Shown piece after piece: positions 54,941-64,000 of a stretch of DNA of 64,000 bases. Numbering within the stretch: position 1 is the first letter of the stretch; the number at the start of each line of letters is the position of its first letter. Below the pieces are notes generated by a model, which worked only from the letters and a program-made list of their open reading frames with translations, did no database searches and was not told the origin of the DNA. The translations under genes were made by a program, and so were the position numbers. Source of the DNA: Octopus vulgaris (lineage: Eukaryota); contig OX597817.1 in assembly GCA_951406725.2 (NCBI GenBank), forward strand, positions 70,866,001 through 70,930,000, written 5' to 3'.

Positions 54941-55470
54941 ATTTACATACATATACATATACGTACTGGCACACAGAATAGTCAAGATAAGAGGAAAGGA
55001 ACATAGCATTGCATAATTAATAAGAAACCTACAGACTCTCCATTCGGAATACTAATTCAGATTTATATCTGATTATTACCTAAACACTAGTTATGAGAGA
55101 CTGGGATTCACAAAATGAGAAAGGACACAGCTAATTAAGAAATTATAATTATAGTATATAGATAAACTATGTGAAATATTCCAGAAATTTAGTCTACAGT
55201 GTACACACAAGGCTGCATACTGTCATAAAAATGTGTATATGGACAGATAAGCAAGTCAAAAGATACATTTTCATACACGCAATGACATTATGTTTGCAAG
55301 CATACACAACACAGATATAGATAAACCTGTACATATAACCATATATGTATACTTATGTTCATGCATACATATCTAACGACGTGATGTTGTCTAAATAGCA
55401 ATGAAAGAATCTTGTATTGAAGATAGAGGCCAGCTCTTTATTAGGAAAAATAACATCGAATATATATATA

Positions 55471-56037
55471 TTGGGTTGTCCGGAAAGTTCGTGCCGATTT
55501 TTAAAGGAAAGAAAAAAGGTTAATAAATACTTGTCATTACATTTTTAATCAACCAAATATGAACCATTTTGTTGCACAATGCGTCTCCATCTTTTCTTTA
55601 ACTTGAAGATACCCTCTTCCCAGAACTGAGGTGGTTTAATGGCAAAGAATTCATCAAGGTATCTTTTTACGTCATCGAAGGAATTGAAATTTTTACCATT
55701 AAGACTATTCTGCAGAGACCTGAATAAGTGGAAATCCGAAGGAGCAATATCTGGTGAGTATGGAGGGTGGGGTAACACATCCCAGCCGAGTTGCAGCAAT
55801 TTTTGTCTGGTTCCCAAAGCATCAAGTGCCGAAAATGAACTTTCTTATCTTCCACTTTAAAGGGTTACAGAATTAACACAGGTTATAGGAACATAAACCT
55901 TCTTCCACGAAAAGATAGCTTAAACTGTGCTCTAAATGGAGGTGTAGCCAAATACTATTTTATGGACTCAACCATGTTCTAAACTAAGTCAAAAGGTAAG
56001 CTACTATAAATCGGCACGAACTTTCCGGACAACCCTA
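55471..56037 (-). mobile_element. Internally deleted mariner derivative
   Basis: TIRs of about 30 bp (gggttgtccggaaagttcgtgccgattt). MEDKKVHFRHLML is fused to TRQKLLQLGWDVLPHPPYSPDIAPSDFHLFRSL. TA flanks. Confidence 0.92.
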
Positions 56038-56054
56038 TATATATATATATGTGT

Positions 56055-56112
<58 letters not shown>

Positions 56113-56292
56113 ATATTTCTTTATTAGAGTGGTGATGTGTTAAGTGGAGCTCGAGCACGGTTTGGGATACCTGGCGACATCTACAGTTGGGGTGTATTTC
56201 CGTTGGGTCTACTTCAAGAATTTCGCACTGTTTTAGTTGACATAATAATCGATTAATAAAACAGAAGATGGATTAGGCATTAATCTTTGTTC

Positions 56293-56416
56293 TGTATGAC
56301 GATCGTTTCGACCCATCCTGCGACTATTCTTTATGTGTGGGATGATGTGTATCATCAATTTTGTGTTACATCAATTTTGTTACATCAATTTTGCAGTCAG
56401 GGTCACGTTAGATACA
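56293..56416 (-). ncRNA. Degenerate type-I hammerhead (PLE terminus)
   Basis: Minus strand: tgtat CTAACGT gaccc...gggtc GAAAC gatc GTC ataca. The stems are intact but the CUGANGA box has two changes. Confidence 0.55.
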
Positions 56417-56499
56417 AGCATACGTAAAGTGGTGTCTCACTAAAAATATAGAAGAGCTCAGGCAGTCATGTTGGTATTTGCCCGCTTCGTTATACATGT

Positions 56500-56608
56500 A
56501 AGTGTAAAAACATATAATAAATGCACAAACAAACGGAAAACAGACACAGAAGGTCGCCAAATCCTCGTCAGGTATCGGCCAGAGGATCAAACACAATTCT
56601 TCACCTTA
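56500..56608 (-). mobile_element. Truncated copy of the family 3 element (see 63408-63480)
   Basis: aaacatataataaatgcacaaacaaacgg...cctcgtcag.tatcggccagagg.tcaaa is shared with 63355-63440. Confidence 0.8.
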
Positions 56609-57304
56609 CATGTATGTATGTATGTATGTATGTATGTATGTATGTATGTATGTATGTATGTATGTATGTATGTATGTATGTATGTATGTAGTAATCTCAT
56701 AAGTTTTCGTGCGTCAGAAATAGCAGGTATTCATATATTTAGTAATAAAGCAGGTAAATTAGTATTATCATTTATATAACATTATTGTCTCATTATAGCC
56801 ATTCATGATACTGAACATTTTCATGCCAAAAGCAGACAGATAAGTTGGACATGGTTGAATGGAAAATATAATTTGGGTTCTTTGCTACTTGAGAGTTGAA
56901 CGACCCACATCAAGTTTAAAAAACAAAGCTCTATATCTCTCTCACTCTGCACCCCACCCATGGCTCCCCTTTTTCTCTTTAGCCCCACAGCACTCTCCAT
57001 ACGTTATCCTTATCCACTCTTTACCCTAAAATCAAACATCACTTAAATCTGGAATGGACTTCTAGCCATTTAAATGACAAATACAGGTGAATACTGCATT
57101 GTACTGTGTATTTTAAAGATTATTTTTATAATTTGTATATATTTATTTTATTATAAATGAAACACGACACCACGGAGGAATCGACGTAAGCTTAAATAAT
57201 AAACTGCGATATGGCCAGGGATTACTGTATATATTATACATACGCGTATTTATGTGTATATATATATACATACATTTACACACATATATATATACACACA
57301 CACA

Positions 57305-57371
<67 letters not shown>

Positions 57372-57374
57372 GTA

Positions 57375-57412
<38 letters not shown>

Positions 57413-57489
57413 ACAACTATGTATGCAATAGATCAGACCGCATGTGTATTTCATCGCCCGTGTGGGTCTGATAAATTGTATCGAGGACA

Positions 57490-57567
57490 AATATTGCTAA
57501 TGAATTATAGACAAATATGTGAGTATAATTACATATTATGTTGATAAGGAAACAATTGTTCAGTATT
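57490..57567 (+). ncRNA. Degenerate type-I hammerhead in a (TA)n-flanked insert
   Basis: aatattg CTAATGA ... GAAAC aatt GTT cagtatt. Confidence 0.5.
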
Positions 57568-57703
57568 GATCTATCTTTTTGTTGTATTTCGCTTCCCTTA
57601 CGTTGAGGGTAATGCTGTTTCTGCTGTGGAAAAAATCTTCGGTGGCTATACCAGAATAAGGAGCTATTTCTAGCACTAGAGTTAGCCACTTATCGTTAAC
57701 TCT

Positions 57704-57759
<56 letters not shown>

Positions 57760-57895
57760 TATATGAATGAATGAAGATAGGCCTGTTTTTTAAGTGTTCA
57801 CTGCATTGCTCGTGTGTGTATTTATCATAGGATTGGTGGTTTTTGAAGCTTTCGCTTTCGTCTTTGGCAAGCGATATTTTTACCCTTCTTTTATT

Positions 57896-57953
<58 letters not shown>

Positions 57954-58025
57954 AATGTGACCTCGTGTGTACCGTTGGCGATTTTTTCCTCTGTCTTCCC
58001 TTCTCTGGATCTTTCCTTCCCCTAT

Positions 58026-58060
58026 GTTTCCGACGAAGAGTTCCGCTCGGAACGTTAAAC
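58026..58060 (+). ncRNA. Degenerate minimal hammerhead in a (TA)n-flanked insert (57950-58155)
   Basis: gttt CCGACGA a gagt tcc gctc GGAAC GTT aaac, with two core substitutions. Confidence 0.5.
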
Positions 58061-58150
58061 CCTCCTTCTTTTCTTCTTTCCTGAGCGTCCAATAATACTA
58101 TATTTGTTCCACGTCCTCGCGTCGTGTCTTTTGTGCTTTCTTGTTTGGAT

Positions 58151-58259
<109 letters not shown>

Positions 58260-58324
58260 GTACATACATACATACATACATACATACATACATACATACA
58301 TACATACATACATACATACATACA

Positions 58325-58357
<33 letters not shown>

Positions 58358-58779
58358 GCATATAGATATGCAGGCATAGGTACATACCAAGTAAAACTAG
58401 GATTTTTCATTAATGAAATTAATGAGACTGGCTAATATGCATTTTACAGAAGTAAACTGTAAGCAGAACAGAAAAATATGCAAAGCTTTTCTAAAGCTCA
58501 ACTTATCGCTGTTGTGATACAAATTCCAGTGATGAAGTTCGTTTATTGACTATAAAAGATTCGACATACATATCTACAAAACTGTCTTCATTTGCACATG
58601 TATATACATACAAGATAATCCGGCGGAGACTGTTTAGATTTCTTGTTTCTAGATTAAAAGCCGACTGTTGTTCCATTAGTAAGAAATCTGAAAAATAAAA
58701 TGACGCACACATCCATCCGTCCATTCATGCTTGCATGCATCCATACATACATACTTGCATGAATACACACAAAAGCATG

Positions 58780-58811
<32 letters not shown>

Positions 58812-58835
58812 CATACATACATACATACATATATG

Positions 58836-58918
<83 letters not shown>

Positions 58919-59160
58919 TTCAAATTAAAAAAAAAATTTTTTTAATTTTTCATACTTCCTTTTTTAATTTTTAGAAATTTTTCATACACCCATTTTCTAA
59001 AAAATTTTTTTTCAATTTTCTATACACCTTTTTAATTAATTTTTTTTTTATTTTTAAAAATTCTATTAAAATTTTTAAAAAAATTTTTATAAATTTTCAT
59101 ACACCCATTTTTATTAAAATTTACTTTCAGTCTAGCATTCTGCCTTATTATTTTCCCTCT

Positions 59161-59222
<62 letters not shown>

Positions 59223-59225
<3 letters not shown>

Positions 59226-59965
59226 CAAAGGGTAAAATTAATTAATTAAGAAGTAATCAATAATTTCACCAAATAGAATTCGGCATGAAAAAAGACCATT
59301 TTACAGTAAGCTTAAGTAATACTTCGGTATGTGGTAAAGCAAATCTTTGCTGAACCCTAATTATAAAGTATTACGTAAGCTTACCGTGAAATGGTCTTTT
59401 TTCATGCCGAATTCTACTTGGTGAAATTATTGATTACTTCTTAATAACTTAATTTTACCCTTTGTTATTATTGATAATGGATTTTTTCTCCCTGATAACA
59501 AACTACAGTTTTATTTCTGTAGTATCTTACTTGACGACACACGCTGATGGACAGGGGAAGGTGATGAACCTCATTCGTATTTTGAATTCGGCGGCACTAA
59601 CACTGAATGTGATCTGTCTGATACCGTTAGGTGGAGAGATATATTCAATTCTTCCAGTGCCTTCGAATTTAATATTTAATCTCTAATATTGTTGGAGTCC
59701 CATGCTGATGAACGAAAATGGTTGGGTAAAGTATAATTCTATATTCTTTATACCGAGCTAATTCCCAAACGCGCGTACATGAGTGACCAGATATGGATTG
59801 ATTTTCGTTATTTTTTCTCTCTGCCTGCGTAGATTGTTTTCAAGTAATTTGGTGTTTCTGGGAGTCCCTTTTTAAAGTAGAAGAAATAACTAAGGTTTTT
59901 TTGACTGCTATTTCTAATCTTCGGTATGTGGTAAAGCAAATCTTTGCTGAACCCTAATTATAAAG

Positions 59966-59966
<1 letters not shown>
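59223..59966 (+). mobile_element. PLE-type pLTR unit: about 600 bp, terminally redundant, with an inverted 5' arm and a hammerhead
   Basis: Inverted arms at about 59223-59322 and 59367-59468. A direct repeat of about 48 bp (cttcggtatgtgg...ataaagta) occurs at about 59322 and 59919. The hammerhead at 59701-59781 reads catg CTGATGA...CAAAC gcgc GTA catg. Confidence 0.7.
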
Positions 59967-60044
<78 letters not shown>

Positions 60045-60071
60045 GCATACATAAATATATATCAGTGCATA

Positions 60072-60124
<53 letters not shown>

Positions 60125-60327
60125 TTTTCAAAATTTGGCGGCACGCCTGAACTGAAACAATAACTAAAAGTATATTCAGGTTACACTGCAGCACACCTAG
60201 CATCGTCTCGTGGCACACCAATGGCCCGTGACATACCGGTTGTGGGGCACTGATCTACATACATACATACATACATACATACATACATACATACATACAT
60301 ACATACATACATCCGTACGTACGTACG

Positions 60328-60361
<34 letters not shown>

Positions 60362-60403
60362 CATACATACATACATACATACATACATACATACATACAT
60401 ACA

Positions 60404-60434
<31 letters not shown>

Positions 60435-60652
60435 CCTAATTCCATTATTGCTGTATTGGATCAGTTCTTGGTTCTGAAGAAATCCTTCGCATCCCTTCCT
60501 CCCTAAAACGGGGCTTTTGGAAAGACTAGTAGGCTCCAATCTTTATCTTTCACTAAACCATAAAAGTAACTAAAAATATACATTGTTCTGTCATTTCGAC
60601 TATATACAGCCCTTCTATTACAATATACTATTGAGAAATGTATCGTACTTAC

Positions 60653-60796
60653 CTAGAAGGCTGTGGCTAGCACCGAGAAGAATGATCGTTGGGCTCACCG
60701 ATTCTAGGATGAAAGCAGCCACGATAAAAACTGTACCAATTAATATCAGTACTCGATGGGTGGTGAATTGCGTGAGACAGTTCAGAACGAAGAATG
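60653..60796 (-). CDS. SLC16A: SLC16/monocarboxylate transporter family gene, internal coding exon (144 bp, about TM3-4)
   Basis: The minus strand reads ttttctttcaag|CATTCTTC...CTTCTAG|gtaagt and encodes (A)FFVLNCLTQFTTHRVLILIGTVFIVAAFILESVSPTIILLGASHSLL(G). Both ends are phase 1 and it splices in frame to the 52104 exon (LLG-IGLGFMY). Upstream exons were not found in the window. Confidence 0.88.
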
Positions 60797-61477
60797 CTTG
60801 AAAGAAAACAAATATAAGCATTTAATTTGATTAGTAATACCGAGTGATAAATTTGTTGAGGGTAGGCATTTAATACACCTATCCTCGTTTATCACGGGCA
60901 TTTGGTTTAAAACAAAACTATATTGAATGAATCAGTGATAAATGAATAATAGTACATAAAGTAAAGTTACCCTGCGCTTTGTAGATGGTCACCGAAGGGC
61001 ACTTCTGCGGTCAAAACAGAAATGTTGACCGATCGCTAACCCGTGTTATCCTAGATCTATTCGTGACAAGCATAACAAGGTTCACAACTGAACGTACCGT
61101 GTTATCACTTATTAATGATCACTGCATCAGTAATAAATGAAGATAGATGCAAAACAGTATGTTAAACTTATCAAATATATACAGCTTAAATTGCTTCTTA
61201 GTATTGGGCAAGTGTCTTAACCAAAGCCTTATGAGTGGATTTGGTAGACGGAAACTGAAAGAAGCCCGTCGTATATATGTATAAATACGTGTGTGTATCT
61301 CCTTCCTTGTGTCTGTATTTGTCCCCCACGTTCCATAATTTAGAGGTTCGGCAAAAGGCGCCGATAGAATAAGTACCAGGCTTTTAAAAATGATACGTTC
61401 GACTAAAAATTTGAGGTGGTGCCCCAGCTTGGCCACAGTCTGATGACTGAAATAAGCACAAAGATTTTTTTTAAATG

Positions 61478-61528
<51 letters not shown>

Positions 61529-61760
61529 TGTAGTTTTAAGTTACATGTCTTGGAAGCTCTGGGACGCATCATCAGCGATGTTTCTTGGGTTCCCAGGGAT
61601 TTCGGATCTTTCAACACCAGACCCTCTCGTTCAGTTGACCTAGCCGGTGTCGACCAAGCCCCAGCTTGCATCTCAGTAAACCAGTGGTTTACTCTCTTTA
61701 TCCGAAGCCACTTGATGATTACTTTGTCCGACATAATATATGCTGACTGTTATCAAGTGC

Positions 61761-62146
61761 GCGGCGTGGTCGTGTGGTAAGAAGTTTGCTTCCGAACCGC
61801 ATGGTACCGACTTCAGTCCCACTGCGTGGCACATTGGACAAGTGTCTTCTACTATATCATCGGGCCAACCAAAGCTTTGTGAGTGAATTTGATAGACGGA
61901 AACTGAAAGAAGACCGTCGTATATATGTGTATGTGTGGTGCGTGTGTCTTTGTGTCTGTGTTTCTCTTCCACCACCGCCTGACAACCGGTGTTGGTGTGT
62001 TTACGTCCCCGTAATACAGCAGTCCGGCAAAGAGACCGATAGAATAAAAAAAAGTACTGGGATCGATTCATTCGACTAAAAATTCAAGGCAGTGCCCCAG
62101 TGTGACCGCAGCCTAGTGACTGAAACAAGTAAAAGAGATAAAAGAG
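61761..62146 (+). mobile_element. tRNA-derived SINE, family B
   Basis: Collinear with the reverse complement of 31222-31663. A further partial copy is at about 61200-61465. Confidence 0.8.
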
Positions 62147-62472
62147 GTTTATAAATACATTGAATACATTGAAGCTGGATTATACCACTAAAACAATATA
62201 TGCTTTAATCACAACACCAAGTGAGAGAAAAACTGAATTGAATTTAAACACTATAATGCCAACCTGTAGCTTTATAGCATTAAATTGTTAACATATTCGT
62301 TCTATACGTTTTGATGTGCTTGGGAAAATACTGTACTTGCTTAATGATCCGTATCGTAATTTGTGCATTGATCTTCAGAGCAACCTACATTATTACGTTG
62401 TTTCCTTCCCCGAACAATATAAATGTGTGTGTATGAGTGTGCGTATGTGTATGTATGTGTATGTGTGTATGA

Positions 62473-62775
62473 AGGCGCGTGGCGAAGTTGTTAGAGTATT
62501 GCACTCACGATCTCTAGATTATAGGATCGATTCCCCGACCGGGCGGTACGTTGTGTTCTTAAGCAAAACACTTTATTTCACGTTACCCCAGTACACTCAG
62601 TTCTAAATGGGCGACCCTGTGACGAAATAGCCATCTGATCGGGGAATTGTTGGCCTGCTCGCCCAGTCAGCGGGATGGCGTCATTCGAAAGCTAAAACAA
62701 TTATGCGTAGCGCATTGTGAACAGCTATATATATATGTCAACATCCGATAGTCTGGTCGATACTGCGATATCATC
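62473..62775 (+). mobile_element. Diverged tRNA-derived SINE related to 52326-52622
   Basis: ggcgcgtggc..gttagagtattgcactcacg..gatcgattcc; the 3' part gttggcctgctcgc..gcgcattgtga is shared. Confidence 0.7.
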
Positions 62776-62981
62776 CGACACACACACATGTCTACATACA
62801 TACATACTACCGTTATTGTTTTTACGTTTTTGTATTCTTATTCGTGCTTTCCTTATTGTTGTCACGTATTCTGTATTTTTATTCGTGTACTTCGTTCGTT
62901 TTCCGTCCTTGTGTTGTATACATTCGAGGCTTTCTTCCAAGGGATCTAATGCGCTTGGCTTAGATTTCCCTTGGGGGCTGC

Positions 62982-63057
62982 CCAGATCGGAGCAATCTCA
63001 AGATTAATCAGCCGAAATTGCGAAGATGATCTGGTTCTTGACTGATGACTGAGGGCT
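62982..63057 (+). ncRNA. Candidate non-circularly permuted hammerhead ribozyme with kink-turn, family 2
   Basis: ccagatc-gGA-gcaat-C-tcaaga-ttaatcagcc-GAA-attgc-gaa-GA-t-gatctgg-t-tcttga-CTGATGA-ctga-gggct. Confidence 0.7.
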
Positions 63058-63140
63058 TCGAATGTCCCGTCCTGTGGTTCTTGTGCCGTCTCCTTGGTGT
63101 TTCTGTTCTTGTCCATGTTTGTATTTATTTTTTACTGTTT

Positions 63141-63228
<88 letters not shown>

Positions 63229-63407
63229 TAAACACAAATAACCGTGCGTGACATTCCATTTTTTAATTTTTTTTATTTTATCTAGTTTCAGCTCACGAGC
63301 TGTGGCCATGCTGGGGCACCGCCATATAATATAACTTAAATAATAAGTTTTTAAAAAACATATAATAAATGCACAAACAAACGGGAAACAGACAAAGAAG
63401 TTCACCA

Positions 63408-63480
63408 AATCCTCGTCAGTTATCGGCCAGAGGGTCAAATGCAATTTCGCTCCTTAACGATAATACAGAATCCCCTCTGG
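63408..63480 (-). ncRNA. Degenerate non-circularly permuted hammerhead with kink-turn, family 3
   Basis: Minus strand: ccagaggg-GA-ttctgt-A-ttatcg-ttaaggagc-GAA-attgca-ttt-GA-ccctctgg-c-cgataa-CTGACGA-ggat. Confidence 0.55.
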
Positions 63481-64000
63481 TGACGCCAACAGCGAGAGTC
63501 AGCGGGAAGATTATATATAATCCATGCTTGAAATTATATAATTATTCAAATATATTGCCCTTATAATCGTTTCTATAATTAGAATATATAACCAACAACC
63601 GTCATTCGCCTGTAGTATACGACTCGGTAGCATGTTATCATGTTTTGGCAATTTTTTTTAGTTGCCTATATAGTGGCGAACAGACTTAGACAAACACTTC
63701 GCCCACTTTTGACCCAATAAACCATCGATGGTGTAACTGTTGTAGGAAGAGAGGGGATGTACTAGCACGTAGCTGGTATTCATTTTCAGCTAGGTAGACT
63801 GAAGCAACGAGAATTGAACTACCTAACCCAAGGACACAACACGACACCAAGTTAATGTACTGAACCTGACCGCAAGATCATAAACCCACTGCTTTTGTTA
63901 CTAGGCCATATACCTTCACATCTAGAATATAAGTTAGTTGCATATTTTTGAAAATCTGCATTTCTAGTGGTAGATCCATGTCACTAAGGATCCTCGGGAT

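Noticed and set aside
61540-61745. GC-richer segment with ORFs on both strands
   Set aside because: No recognisable motif or splice context; probably a fragment of an unidentified TE.

Overview
AT-rich, microsatellite-dense eukaryotic DNA, most consistent with a cephalopod (Octopus-like) genome; the taxon is an inference from repeat content and (TTAGGG)n telomeric units. Almost every ORF in the supplied track is a microsatellite artefact. One host gene is supportable: the last three coding exons of a minus-strand SLC16/monocarboxylate-transporter gene (60653-60796, 50758-52104, 45615-45763, all phase-1 GT-AG introns). The rest is repeats: several tRNA-derived SINE families, Penelope-like elements (PLEs), R4/Dong-like and CR1-type LINE fragments, mariner and Chapaev3-like transposon relics, and MITEs, one of which carries telomeric repeats. 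The most striking signal is an RNA-structure system. About nine conventional type-I hammerhead ribozyme motifs lie in (TA)n-embedded fold-back PLE termini. In addition, three repeat families with different stem sequences (32694-32769/33509-33585, 62982-63057, 63408-63480) share a non-circularly permuted, pseudoknotted hammerhead. Their strand order is NUH-strand, GAAA-strand, CUGANGA-strand, their spacing is matched, and a kink-turn-like motif extends stem III. One family forms an 815-bp retrozyme-like tandem unit bounded by two such ribozymes. All structures were read by eye and none has been tested.
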